Positions 48,870-61,440 of a stretch of 64,000 nucleotides of DNA are shown here, piece after piece. The number at the start of each line of letters is the position of its first letter. The first letter of the stretch is position 1. The translations under genes were made by a program, and so were the position numbers. Source of the DNA: Sphaerodactylus townsendi (lineage: Eukaryota); NCBI RefSeq assembly GCF_021028975.2, contig NC_059425.1:65224001-65288000 (forward strand), read 5' to 3'. Under the pieces are notes generated by a model. The model saw only the letters and a list, made by a program, of their open reading frames with translations. It was not told the DNA's origin and made no database searches.

Positions 48870-48944
48870 GTCTGGGAAATGGGAACTGCTCAGCCCCAAA
48901 GAGAAGATTTTGCTGCACAGAAACGGTGATGATGGAGAGTTCTG
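48870..48944 (+). CDS. CAPN14: CAPN14 coding exon 8 (SGKWELLSPKEKILLHRNGDDGEFW)
   Basis: attag| acceptor, weak TG|gtactt donor, 75 nt. Confidence 0.93.
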
Positions 48945-50331
48945 GTACTTTTAAAGAAATACTATATCACTGCTTTTGTTACTTCTGCCACTTCTGCCAC
49001 TTTAGAACAGAATTCTATAAGAACAGAATTCCTATAAACCTCCTAAAATTAAGAAAGTGTGAAAAACCTTCCCCATACTTTTCTTAGGCCAAATATGCTC
49101 GCATGATATTCATTTGGATGGAAGACAGTAGTATTGAAATCAATGGGATTTTCTTTCCTACAATGTATTTAGAAGAGGCGTAAAGACAAAATGATTGGCT
49201 TAGAAGAAATTCACTTATATCCATGTCCTGTGGCAATAGGATTATAAGAAAATGAATAACCCAGTACAGATGGATTGTCCCAGTGGAAGGAAAGATTAGT
49301 TGGATATGAGAATCAGTTTGCTCTTCCTCTGTGGGCCAGAGAAGAAATACAATGAGGAGGAGTTAGGGAGGAGTTCATATTTCTGCTAATGCTTCCATGC
49401 TTCCCTGCAAGACCCTGTCTTTCTTTAAAATTTTTGAAAGTATGTCACTTTCAGATTAATCATTATATTTTATGTTCTTTTCTATACTACTTTGTAAACC
49501 ACCTTGAGAAAGCTATGTGAAGCGGCATCAGAGAAATCATCTTAAACAAAACATGTTGTATAGCTTTGGTGGCACTGTACCATCTCAGCTCAAACTTGTA
49601 AGAAACCAATCAGATCTCAAAGTCATTGTGGAAGCAGTTTTTCAGAGCATCCGCACAATGTTGTATCACCTGCTCTTGATCCCATTCCATTGTCTTTCAT
49701 GGTTTTTCCTCTTTTGCTCCAATTTTTCCAGAATCAACTTGGATCTCATGCTGATATTTCTGCAAATATCAGAGTGAAAGCAAGTTAGCCCACATGTCGA
49801 CAAGAAGGTGTAGATTTCTGAACTTCTTTACTCACAGCTGGTGCTTTTGCCCACCCCATTCTCTTGCACTGACTTCTCCCCAACTTATGCACACTACTAG
49901 CAGGCTTTTAAAGACAATTGGTAGGTGGTATAGCAAAATGCACTGTAGAGTTATATCTACCACCAGGGTTTTTTTTAAGTTGGGGAAAAGGTCTACAGCA
50001 GTGCAGGAACAGTGCAAAAGCAGGTGTGAGAGAATAACGCGGGAAAACCTGATACCCATTCCTTATGCCTCTGCATTTGTAGTGGTTGTGAGCCCACATT
50101 GGGGAATTTTCTGCTGTTTGAAGCAGCCAGGGGGGGAGAGAAAATAAAATACCTGAGTGCTTCTTCCCTGAACTCGTTTCTGGTTCCCTGGTGTCTTTCA
50201 ACTGAAAAAAACAAACATGGGAGATTTGATCACATATCTCTCAGTTTCATTTTGAGATCCGCTCACATTGATTTCCCCCTGAACATCTATGAAAGAACAG
50301 GATTTATTCAACTTCTGATGCCATACAATTG

Positions 50332-50350
50332 TGCCACTAGATGGCAATGT
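50332..50350 (+). promoter_or_regulatory. CTCF-like motif (CCACTAGATGGCAA)
   Basis: Near-consensus CTCF core on the plus strand. Confidence 0.4.
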
Positions 50351-51337
50351 TAACATGCAAGTGAATTCCATATCTTCTGTTCACATTTATTTCTTTCAGA
50401 TTGCCATGTCTGCCCATCCTCCTGTTGCTGCTTGCTAATAATTAAATGTGTGCTTAGCACTGACAGTGTGTCAGGCATTGTGCAGGACAAAGAAATGACA
50501 GTTGCTTCTTGTAGACTAAGGGTGTGTTTGCTTTATACAAATGAAGGTTGCTAAGTTGCATCCTTCTGCTGACTGTGTGCCAAGCAGAAATTCAATAGAC
50601 AAACTTCCCTCTCAAAGGGACCTGTAGTGTTGGGGGGAAATCTGCAGAAGAGTTTCTGCTTGAGGTTTTGAAGTGTTTTATTTGTTTTCAGACTGAGCCA
50701 GCCCTGCAAGATGGTGCAAATCACATAAAGTTTTCTTTCCTTCCTTTTCTTTAATCTACTTTCTTTGTAATTTTTGACTTGTTATTTGAGTTGTTTTTAT
50801 CTTTTATGTATTTTTGAAAACTTAATAAAGTTTTGTTATTTTTTTTAAAAAAGGAATGCTTCGGGGGGGCGGGGGGGGGATTGTAGCCTGAACAGGAGAC
50901 GTGGCACATGAAGGCTAGTAGATCTGTCCTGTGTTAAACAGGCAGGACCAAAGTGCAGGAACAAAAAATCCTTAGTGGGATTTGCTAAAGCTGGATCTCT
51001 TCTCAGGCCCATCTGTAAAGGAGACCAGCAGCTTTGAGAGTCTTCTGAGAGTCTTTCCCTTATCTGAGACAAATGTGTGCTCCACTTGGAGGGGAAAGGG
51101 TGCCAAGGCAAAGGATGTGACTTGAGGCACAACATTTCTAATTTTAGAAATTGAGACCTGAGTGGGGGAAAATTAAAATGGTACTAGTTTTCTTTTAAAT
51201 GCTCTGGAAAGGACATCTGCTGTGCCTCATTGGGGGGGGGGGGTTGTTGTTAAGTAAATGACTGGAATGAACTGGCTTTTTCCTTTGACTGCCGTATTGG
51301 ACATTTAACTCCGCATGTCTTTGTTCCTTTATCATAG

Positions 51338-51501
51338 GATGACTCTGCAAGATTTTAAAACCCATTTTGCTAATCTGATCATCTGTAAATTAACTCCTGA
51401 CCTGCTGAGCCAGGAAGATGGGAAAAAGTGGATGTCCTCCCTGCAGTTCGGCAGATGGGTCAAAGGAGTCACAGCAGGGGGCAGGTTGAGGTCTCACAAA
51501 A
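51338..51501 (+). CDS. CAPN14: CAPN14 coding exon 9 (MTLQDFKTHF...GVTAGGRLRSHK)
   Basis: catag| acceptor, A|gtaaga donor, 164 nt; end of CysPc and start of the CBSW domain. Confidence 0.94.
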
Positions 51502-51846
51502 GTAAGACTTGGGTAGGGGCATGAGATTATAAAGTAATCATATGCAATACTGTATGGGATCATTATGATTATTTTCTTGGACAGATGTCTTTCTATCAAC
51601 ATTTTAAATGTAATATTACTTTGAGTCAGATCCAGACTAAAATTACCACTTGTTTCTCCATTCCACTGCAAACCACACTCATCTGTTTCTCAGGAGATTT
51701 GCCTGTGGTTGACAGGCAACCCCTGGGAGCATTGTGGGGTTGAAACAGAAGTTTCTCAAATCTCTATGTTGTGCCACACAAAGCTGGTTCCCCCATCCCA
51801 TTTTTGATCCTTGACTGATCAGCAGCAGAAGCCTGAGGGTCAGAGG

Positions 51847-51930
51847 CAGTGGCGTAGTGCCCACGAGGCAGGAGGGGCAGTGGCGGAGGCGCGCGCACCC
51901 TGGGCCCAGTTTCCCCTTGCTCCACCTCTG
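51847..51930. mobile_element. 84-bp miniature hAT MITE
   Basis: Exact 8-bp TSD GTCAGAGG; termini CAGTGGCGTAG / CTCCACCTCTG. Confidence 0.8.
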
Positions 51931-52476
51931 GTCAGAGGTGAGAGGTGGCCTGCCACAGTGACATCCTGGCTGCCCAGTTTCCCAGGCTCCCTTATTCCAC
52001 AAGAGCAGCATTTGATGGAAACCAGTGGGCTGCAGTGGGAAGGGGAGGAAGGAAAGTTCTATTCTACTGCGGGAAAGTTTAGCCTGGATCCAACACATTG
52101 TTTGCAAACTCTTGAATGTTAGGACAGATCACACTAGTGGACTTTCTTCACTAAATGCCATAGTTCTTGGAAAGGTCTCATATAAATTAATGGGTACATA
52201 ATGATTTTCTTCTGTAACCCTATGCAGATTTTAGTGCCTCTGAATAGTTTGCTAATGGGTTATTTCTTCTTTGTTTGAATCATGATTTAGCACATTAATA
52301 TTACGGATCCGTGAAGTCACAGATATGATTTTAGTAGGATGTGCTGCTTGATAATATATCTGCCCATGATTTTTTTTCTTTGGCACCACAACTCAAACGT
52401 TGCTAAGACTTTCTACAATGTATTAAATCATGCTGTGGAGGTACATGGCTCATCTGTTTGTGGTCTTGCTTCCCAG

Positions 52477-52640
52477 ATACATTTTGGATGAACCCCCAAT
52501 ACCAGCTGAAAGTCCTGCAAGGAAACGGGAGCAAGAGATCCTTGTACTCTTGCAGTGTGCTGGTTTCTCTGATCCAAAAACACAACAGCAAACACCGGAA
52601 TCAGATGCCTCATTTTCACATAGGCTTTTATGTCTATAAG
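52477..52640 (+). CDS. CAPN14: CAPN14 coding exon 10 (TFWMNPQY...HIGFYVYK)
   Basis: cccag| acceptor, AAG|gtaggc donor, 164 nt. Confidence 0.94.
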
Positions 52641-52660
52641 GTAGGCCTAATTTTTTGTGT

Positions 52661-52758
52661 GTGCAGAAATTATTGGGATGAGTTGTTCTAAGCAATCTGT
52701 GAAAAGGCCACTGGCTTTACAGATTGCTTAGGACAACTCACCCCAATCATTTCAGCAC
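52661..52758. repeat. 98-nt inverted repeat (43-bp stem, 12-nt loop)
   Basis: Pairing by hand gives 38 Watson-Crick pairs, 2 G-U pairs and 3 mismatches. Confidence 0.9.
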
Positions 52759-53255
52759 CAAGCTCTTCCCTGGTTAGAAGAGGATCCTGACCCATCCTTG
52801 TGACTAAATCTGTACACTGGGACAAAGATTCTCCCCAATTCTAGTGTCGTTTTTAAAAAATTGTTCAATAACTAATTCTGCGAGTCTGTGAAGAAAAACC
52901 AGGATATACAATATCCTGTTTTAGGGGGAACAGTGCCCTTCGTTCTTGTTTTGGATGAGGAAGTATCCCATTGACTTCATGACTGCTTTGTAGATGGTGT
53001 ACACACCTTGCCTCTATCTTCAGTCCAATTTTTATTCATAAGATGAAAAGGTGCTAAAGATTTCAGTGGCAATCTGTGTCTCAGTCTGTGTGCTGAGCAG
53101 GGTGACTGAGCTGTGTAAATGTCTGCAGCAAGGTTTAAAATGCTTCCACTGAGGCTCCCTTTGTTTGGTTCAGAGGCTAAATTTCATCCACACAAAGGGC
53201 TTAGAATTCACTAGCATTTACAGATTGACTTGTGTTCTGTTTTCTTTCCTTCTAG

Positions 53256-53267
53256 GTGGGCCAACAG
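53256..53267 (+). CDS. CAPN14: CAPN14 12-nt micro-exon (VGQQ)
   Basis: Long pyrimidine tract ttctgttttctttccttctag|GTGGGCCAACAG|gtatgt; phase 0-0; lies where human CAPN14 has a short MNK linker. Confidence 0.8.
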
Positions 53268-54255
53268 GTATGTAGAATTTTAACACCTCTTATTTATTTA
53301 TTGGCACCATCTTTTCATGTACCATTTTGTTCAAACAGCTTCTCACTTAAGGAAAGAATATTTTCAAATCATTTTGAGAACTTGCAGTTTTGATTCAAAT
53401 GCAATTCCAGTGCTATTGAATGTTGTTTCAGTTGGGAACTTTGAATACTAAAGAGAGATTTGATGTGCCAAAATACTGAAATATGCTGTAGAGGTGTGTA
53501 GAATTCAAATATAGACTGCAATCCAAACCACACTTGGGAAGTTGGCATACTAATTTAGAGTATCCAGTATAGCCAAATCTTAATTCTTTTGCTTTTGCAG
53601 CCCTTCTGTTCCCATTATATGTGCAGATGTGAAATTCAGGTTAGCACAAAATTGTTTTATCCTATTTAAGGTGAGTTTCTTGAGGCATCTGAAAGACTGT
53701 TAATATCACAATGCAACTGAATACATTGCAAGACAATGAAGTGTTATGGCTTAATTTTTAGTTGTGATGTTCCCTAGCTGTACCCAGAAGCGATAAGAGG
53801 CTGAATGAGAAATGATTTTATATTTCCTTTGAAGGATCAGAGATACCTGGAGGTTGTTCCTGCATCTTTTTGATTCATTCCTTATGGGATTATTTGTGAA
53901 TGCTGCTAAATCAATACAAGCATTTTTGTCTGTTTGATTTACCCAACATTTAAATGATGCTCATAAGAAACTCTGACAAAGATATTTTGGATTCTTCATA
54001 CTTAAATCGTTATATGCCAGGGAAGGAGCTGTCCTTAGGGATATATTTTTTTGCCTGCACACCAAGCCACACATGGTAATCTGGTAGCTGCATTCTGATA
54101 TACTGCAGATGTATGAGACCCAACCCCAGTGGCAAACTGGAACATTTAAGCTGCATGTGGAATGTCCCTGGGGCAAGTTAATCTTGAGCTACCCTGTTCC
54201 TGCCTCATTAGAAAATCAGAATGCAGGTAACTTTTCTTCTTCTTTGTAAGAGTCA

Positions 54256-54528
54256 TCATGGCATAGTGGTTAAGAGTGGTGGACTCTGATCTGGGGAACC
54301 AGGTTTGATTCCTCACTCTTTCATGTGAACAGTGAATTGGATTTGATTCCCCACTCGTACACATGAAGCATGCTAGGTGACCTTGGGCTAGTCACAGATC
54401 TTCGGATCTCTCTCAGCTCCACCTCACAAGGTGTCTGTTGTGGGGAGAAGAAGGGAAAGTTTGTAAGTGGTCTCAAGTCTCCTTATTGGAGAAGAAAGCA
54501 GGGTCTAAATCCAAACTCTTCTTCTTCT
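54256..54528 (+). mobile_element. Squam3-like SINE (sense)
   Basis: tggcatagtggttaagag...ggtttgattcctcac...tcttcttcttct. Confidence 0.85.
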
Positions 54529-55056
54529 GTAGCAGAACAATGGGATAAGATGATTCCAAAGATGATAACAACACAGATTTTACCCAACCCCAGCCAATCC
54601 AGCAAAAAGTGAAAAATAGCTATGGCTTAGCAAATTATTTTCATTCCAAGTATCAAAGTTTTAGACATGAGTGACCATGAACTCAGAGTTGGAACATATC
54701 TAGTTATAACAAAGAAGACAGCGGCCCATTCTGAACAACACAAATAAAACATCATCAGGATGCTAAAAAAAAACATTTTGGGGTGGAATTCCGCAGCTTT
54801 TCTCCAAAACTTTTGGAAGACATTTTATTTTTGCTCCAAGCAGATTTTTCTTGAAACACTAAACTAGTGACATTTTTCTTGAAGCTGCTTTGAAAACATT
54901 TGCTACTTGCTGTATGGACAAACAGGAAATGTTTTGTTTTTCCTGCCTGACTGTTAAAGCTCTTCCTTTTTGGTTTGTGAGCAGCTTGTGCCTGCCATTT
55001 TCTGCCACTTCAGGCTTCTCCATGCCACCCACCATTTGCAGAATGTTCCCATAGAT

Positions 55057-55201
55057 CAGTGGTGGCGAACCTTTGGCACTCCAGATGTTATGGACTACAA
55101 TTCCCATCAGCCCCTGCCAGCATGGCAATTGGCCATGCTGGCAGGGGCTGATGGGACTTGTAGTCCATAACATCTGGAGTGCCAAAGGTTCGCCACCACT
55201 G
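55057..55201. mobile_element. Near-perfect palindromic hAT MITE
   Basis: Exact 8-bp TSD CCATAGAT; TIR CAGTGGTGGCGAACCTTTGGCACTCCAGATG. Confidence 0.93.
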
Positions 55202-55637
55202 CCATAGATGGTTCCTCTGTTTGCAGCTCATCTGGCCGGCATTTCTGTGTGTAAAGGATATGCATAAAGTTAGTTTTGACTTCTGATTCCACCCATGTGT
55301 TGTTTTTTCTTTTTTGTTATTGTTGTCTTCAATGAGATATCTTCAAAGTTACGAAGACACGATATGAGATCTCATTTTGAGGCTTCATAGCTTCAAAGAT
55401 ACCTCATTGAAAAGAACATCAAAAAAGAAAAAACAACACGTGTGCAGAATCAGCAGTCAAAAGTAACTTTATCATGTCCTTTACACACAGAAATGGTGGT
55501 CGAATAAGCTGTGAGCAGAAGAACCATTGTGGGAACGTTGTGCAAATGGCACGTGGCAGGGAAAAGCCTGAAGTGGCAGAAAATGACAGGCGCAAGCTGC
55601 TCACAAACCAAAAGTTAGAGCTGGGGTGGAGTGGGGG

Positions 55638-56217
55638 CAGTGGCGTATTTGCCTAAGGACAGGGGAAACCCTCTGTCCCTGGGCACCACTGATCTGATCA
55701 CATGGGGGTGCAAAATCGCCCCCCCACGTGATCAGGAAGATGGCAAGCAGCAGGAAGTCATCATTGACATGGGTGGGGCCAAGGAAGCCAGAGGACCCCC
55801 CAAGACTTGCCCCCTCCTGGCTCCCCCCAAGCCTCGCCCCCTCCTTACTGCCAGCTTCAAGCCGGCAGCTGGCAGTCCCTTCTCCCCTGCCCTCTGGGGA
55901 GGACAGAAACAACTGGAAGGCTCCATGCTGGGCCCTTTTCTTTTATAAGCTCAGGGGCCACGGCCCCACCCCTCAGGGGCATGGCTTCATCCTCAAGCTT
56001 ATAAAAAGAAAGGCCCCAGCACAGAGTCTTCCAGTTGTTTCTGTCTTCTCCAGAGGCCAGCAAAGAGCCGACAGCCAGGAGGGGATGGGGTTGGGGTGGG
56101 GGTTTGGGGGTGGGGGTTTGGGGGTGGGGCTTGGGGTGGGGTGGGCCCCACCCCAGGCATAGCGGGTGGGCTGGAGAACGGATGTCTCTGGGAGCCATTT
56201 TCCCCAGTACGCCTCTG
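55638..56217. mobile_element. Non-autonomous hAT element with internal inverted repeat and G-tracts
   Basis: Exact 8-bp TSD AGTGGGGG; termini CAGTGGCGTA / TACGCCTCTG. Confidence 0.88.
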
Positions 56218-57281
56218 AGTGGGGGAGGGGAGTCAGAAAAAAGAATTGTGTTCTCCTGGAACACTTTCCCCCCCTGTGCTATGGGGACAAAAAAAGGCAA
56301 AACAATTCTTTTGTGTTGTGCAGAATAGGCCAGTGTCTTCGAGTGTTTGCAAAAAATCATTTACCTTACAACCATCACCCAGCACATAAGATTCAAGTTC
56401 CAAGTACATGCCATTTGAGAAATTAAGCACTTTTCCTTCAAGGTGAAGCCTACTTGGCTTCTGCCCACCTTGGAGGTCCTAAAATTAGATGATCGTAAGG
56501 CAGGGATGGCTACCTGGGTATTTTTATTTATTTTATTTATTTATTAAACTTTTATACCGCCCCATCCTCTAGGGGCGGTATAGCACTGAAGCCAACCTCA
56601 TTTATCTCCAGAGCCTGGGGCCAACTGGGAAATGGCATTTTCACATGCATGCTTGTAGTAAATGAGAGCTGAAGACTGCTATGAGGTAAATTTCAGGATT
56701 GTATTGAACGCTGAGATTAATATAGTGAAGTACAAAACCAAGACCAGTTTTAAAATTGGAAATACAATGAATCATGGGATTGACTGAGGCATAAAAGCCT
56801 GAGATTTAAAATATGATGCATTTAAAGGGGCGACCCCACCTTCTTAGTAGATGACAAATGGCTGCATTAGCAAAGGAGAACTACAAGCAAAGAGAAAGCA
56901 AAGTATTTCTGCAGCTTCTCTTCTGGGCTACAAAGTCCACAAAAGAGCAAAATGTCAGTCGTTTTGAGAAACAGTCAGTTCAAGGAGGCTCTAGCATCCT
57001 TAAGCAATAGAACTTTTGAGTTGATTTCATTGCTGGGTATTCTTTTATTAAAACAATAGCAATGGGAAATGCCTCTTAAAGTGCACTGGGTGAAACATCA
57101 GCTGCTGTTTAAAGCATTCTTTCCTGGAAGTAAGTCTCACTGAATTGAATGGGACTTCTTCCAAGTTATTATCATTATTAGGAGCAGGCTTCAAGATGTG
57201 TAACTTGTATGAGAGGAGGTCTTAAATGTTGAGATCCCATGAAACAAGGAGAGTACGTTTCAAATGGGGAAATATTTAGAT

Positions 57282-57691
57282 TAGTGGTGTTGAACTCATT
57301 TGTTACAAAGGCCAAATATAACATAAATGNNNNNNNNNNNNNNNNNNNNNNNNNNNNNNNNNNNNNNNNNNNNNNNNNNNNNNNNNNNNNNNNNNNNNNN
57401 NNNNNNNNNNNNNNNNNNNNNNNNNNNNNNNNNNNNNNNNNNNNNNNNNNNNNNNNNNNNNNNNNNNNNNNNNNNNNNNNNNNNNNNAGGGGGGTGGGCT
57501 CCCAGCAGGGGGGTGGGAGTGGGGGGCTATCTCAGCTTGAGATGGTTTATCAGGTCTGCAAACCAGCTAAAATAACATCTCTCTCACTCCAAATTAGGGG
57601 CGGGGAAGGGTTGCCGCATCTGACTCAAGGGCCTGATAAGCCCTCTCAAGGGGCTGAGTCTGGCCCCTGGGCTGCATGTTTGATACACCTG
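57282..57691. mobile_element. hAT (Charlie-like) element spanning a gap
   Basis: Termini tagtggtgttgaactc / gtttgatacacctg; near-TSD ATTTAGAT / ATTTAAAC. Confidence 0.6.
57330..57487. other. Assembly gap (158 N)
   Basis: Read directly from the sequence. Confidence 1.
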
Positions 57692-59225
57692 ATTTAAACT
57701 ATCCTGATAATGACATGAGATTAGTGCATGATTGTTTCTACTCAGGCCTGGTTGATGGCAAGCTTTCCTGCCAATCTTTGTAATTAGAAGATATATGCTT
57801 CAGCCCGCCCCCTGCAGAAGAGCTGCAGGAACAGAATGGCTCAGAAAATCAAAATATTCACTAATAGGCAGCCTTAGAAAGACTGCCTGTGACACCTTTG
57901 AATGGAGTAATTTCTTGTCTTCATGTTTTCCATTTGATTCTTGCAACTGTTGTTCAGCAACTTGATTTTTTTAAATGAATTTTTAATGTTTAATGCACAT
58001 GCAAGTGAGGGAGAGAGAAACTTGACTACTGAACATTTGTAATCATGTGATAATCATCACATAAAAAGGCAGTGTAAATCAATTCTTGCAGCAGTTTTCA
58101 GATGTTCTTTGTTTTTAATGATGGGACTGCAAGCAAGAGATCTATACATTGCGTAGTATAGTGTGAGACAACTGGTGCAGCCCTAGGCAAAGTCCATTAA
58201 ACTCAGCTGGCTTGGAGAGGATTTCACGGTACTTCTATTTTATGTGGGTCTTGCCTCAGCCATGGGCTTGGCTCTCTACAGGCATCCAAGTGGTTTGCTC
58301 CCCCCCAATCCATTATAGACAAAATAAGGATGGAGAGAGAAGATGAGAAACTGACCAGGGGAAGACAGGGGGAAGGGCTGTGCAGAAAACAAGAGGGATC
58401 TGGAAGATGGTTTTGACAAAGGAATGTGAGGCAGAGGTTGACTAATGGGTGACTTTGTAGGCATGGGAAGCAGCATGGCAAAAGAGACCAGGCTGAACAA
58501 AGGAGGTCAAAGGAGGCCTGGCTTGGAAGCATCTTTGTTAATAATCGGGAAGCCTACTGAGCTCTTCCTAACAATCCTAACAAGACTTTCCTGGGAGTAA
58601 CCCCCACTGAATGAGTAGGATTCTGAGTAGACCAGGACTGCTCAACTATCCCCAGAATCCTGTAAGTTCCTTTGGTAATTTCACTGCCCCCCCCCCCCGC
58701 CCCACTACAGTTCTCATCATGGTACAATCAAGGGTTGAAGACTTGTTTACTGTGTGAAAAATCTCCTTTGCATTTTGTACAGGACCCCTTCCTCACCAAG
58801 AATAGATAAAATCTGTGTAATTTATCTCCTTAAAAAGAAAAAAAATCCATAAACTGAATCACAACAGTAACAGGCTTAATTTCTTTGTTTAAAATATTTT
58901 TGATCCCTCCTTTCTGTATACAATTATACCAAGATGGTGTACATTAAATTAATAAGCCTGAAACACCAAATTTACAACAGTGAAACACGAACAGCAGATA
59001 CAATCTCAACTGAAAAACAGTGGCCATGAGGAGAAGCCTTGCTTGGGCTGATTGACCTAGTATCATTTGGGGTACAACTTTGTCAGTAACATCTGTTTAA
59101 ATTAACAAATGGGATTACTCTGGAGTAAGGTATTTGAAGCTGATAATAATTTCTTGAGGAAGAGATACCTTTCTTCAACCCTTTGCTGTTTGTACAATAC
59201 CTTGATATCATAGGCATAGTGAGGT

Positions 59226-59273
59226 GTCAGTCCGTCAGTCCGTCCGTCTGTCCGTCAGTCAGTCAGTCAGTCC
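59226..59273 (+). repeat. Compound (GTCA/GTCC)n tetranucleotide microsatellite
   Basis: Read directly from the sequence. Confidence 0.9.
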
Positions 59274-59511
59274 ATACGTACCATTAGGATGGCTTGGCAA
59301 CTCCCGCCTCCCCCAGACTTCACTGCCCAATTGTGAAGGCCATGCTGTGGCAGCAGAGTTTGGGTGTGTGTGTGTGTGTGCAATTTCAGTGCTTGCCCCC
59401 AGTGCCGTTTTCTGTAGCAATGCCCCTGTCTAGTTCATTCTTCATAACATGACTGTTGTCTGGGACATCTAATGCAGTCAGAGTATGTGTTTTTCTGTTT
59501 TCTGTTGCCAG

Positions 59512-59717
59512 TACTGTGGGAGCAATAAAAGACTACCTCCTGAATTCTTTGTCCAGAACCTGCCTTTGAATAGCTCTCCAGTCTTTGTGAATGACCATGA
59601 GGTGACTCAGGATTTCCGGCTGCCGCCTGGAGTCTATGTCATTGTACCTGCCACCTCAGAACCTCACCAAGAGTCAGAGTTCCTCTTGCGCATCTTCTCC
59701 AGGAAACATAATCTTCG
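59512..59717 (+). CDS. CAPN14: CAPN14 coding exon 12 (YCGSNKRLPPEFF...PGVYVIVP...EFLLRIFSRKHNLR)
   Basis: gccag| acceptor, CG|gtaggt donor, 206 nt. Confidence 0.94.
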
Positions 59718-60065
59718 GTAGGTGCCACTCATTGTTTCGCTACAGCCATCCTGATGTATCTAACAGTGCAAGGATTTGTTCTTATTGTGGGGAGAGGCCC
59801 TGGTTCATTGGTAAAGCACATATTCTGATTCTGTGAGCAGAAGGTGCCTAGTTCAACTCTGTTAAAAGGTTCTCAGGCAGCTTGAGACAGTGCGGAGGTG
59901 CTGCTGATTGGAGTGGACTACTCTAAATTGTAGCCACCACTGCTACAGTATGGCTGTGTTTGTGAACAGAGCATAATCTAGGTAAGCCACTGTATTTAAG
60001 ACATGATGTTGTATAAGCTGGCTAAAAGACCCTCTAATTTTCTTTTTTGTTCTTTTTGCATTTAG

Positions 60066-60102
60066 TGAAATTGGTGGAAATTCAAGTCCAGTACTTTCAA
60101 AG
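60066..60102 (+). CDS. CAPN14: CAPN14 coding exon 13 (EIGGNSSPVLSK)
   Basis: tttag| acceptor, AAG|gtgaga donor, 37 nt; human equivalent recalled as EIGSNSGVVFSK. Confidence 0.9.
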
Positions 60103-61440
60103 GTGAGATGAGAAACAAGCCATTTGACTTTCCTTTCACTTTATATCACTGGCTCTTCTGCTATTTCTCTTTCTATCTGTAACTTAGTACTGTTCTGCTT
60201 GGTCCAGTTTCCTGTGCAAGGTGCCAGATTTCTTAAGGCGACCTGCCAATGAAATCAGCATAAGAAAAAAAATCTCAAATGCTTCACAGATGAAGAGTTG
60301 GGCACCAATCTCTGTGCAGCCCACTTAAGGTGGAGATGAGCAGCATGTATATCCTCACTGTGAGACTTATGGGAACATGTACCCCTTCCTTCATCTAGAT
60401 GTGTATCACATTCACATTATAAGCAGTGCCAATTCAATCCATGGTGTTTCCTGAGGCCAGCTGTCGTCTCCTCCACCACTTTTTTCTGGAAGCCAGAGCA
60501 GCTAACAGTGGGGAGAAAGGACTCTTGGAAGCAACATGAGTGTACACCGATGTGGGTGCTCACTCTGCCGGCACAAGGAGCAAATGCACTAGCGGAGGGG
60601 CTAATATGCCAGCAGTGGGACACAGTGCGACTGTGTGGTGCCTGAACTTGGAAGCTGCCATGTGCCCCAACGCTCCACTGCAGGAGGCTTTGCTAGTGCA
60701 GGTGGGGGCAGTCTTGGGACATTCCCAGGGATGGAGCCAACTTTAGTCAGCTTCCACAGAGCTTTCAGCTCGGTAATACCCCCCACACCCCTCAGGAACT
60801 TGCGCCACATTTTAATGTGGCATAGCCCATTAGATGGCAATAGGGGTTTTCAGACTGATGGGAAAGTTTGTCAGTTTTTATATTCCCCGTGGTGCCTGTA
60901 ACACCTTAGGAGGTGGTAGGGCTGCACTGGAGCAGTGTCGTCTCCTGTCATCACAGAACCGTCGTCCTCCTATGAATTGCACTGCAAAACTCCCTGCTCT
61001 GCTTCTTTCCCACAGTCTGTTTAAAAATAGTGGGCCAAGCAGTGCAGTTGGGCATCTCAAACACTCATGAAAATCCCTTATAGCATGGTGTAGTGGTTAA
61101 GAGCAATGGACTTCTTGTGTGGCCTAGAAGAAAGATCCAGTGAAAGTCATGCATCAGTCTGCCCGTAATATAAAACAGCATGTTGTTTGACTGGAAAAGA
61201 AGGCAAGGATTATTAGTTGCTTTGGTTCCCAGGCAGAGGCATCTGGGGCAAGGTGGTGGTGAAGGAAGTGGTACCATGAGAGGCTGGGGACAGGCAGGTG
61301 AGGCATCGTCTACCACCACCTCAGCTCTGCCACTTGAGACAACCACCTGAGCTGATAGTGCTGGTTCTGTTTTTGAACATTAGAAAAATTAAAAACCCTG
61401 CTTTTTTTCTGAAGCCCATTTTTTTTGTTATACTTTTCAG

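Larger units (their letters stand above)
54723..56331. mobile_element. 1.6-kb foldback (Harbinger-like) element with two nested hAT MITEs
   Basis: TIRs GGCCCATTCTGAACAACACAAA / TTTGTGTTGTGCAGAATAGGCC; internal arms symmetric about GAGATCTC near 55370. Confidence 0.75.
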
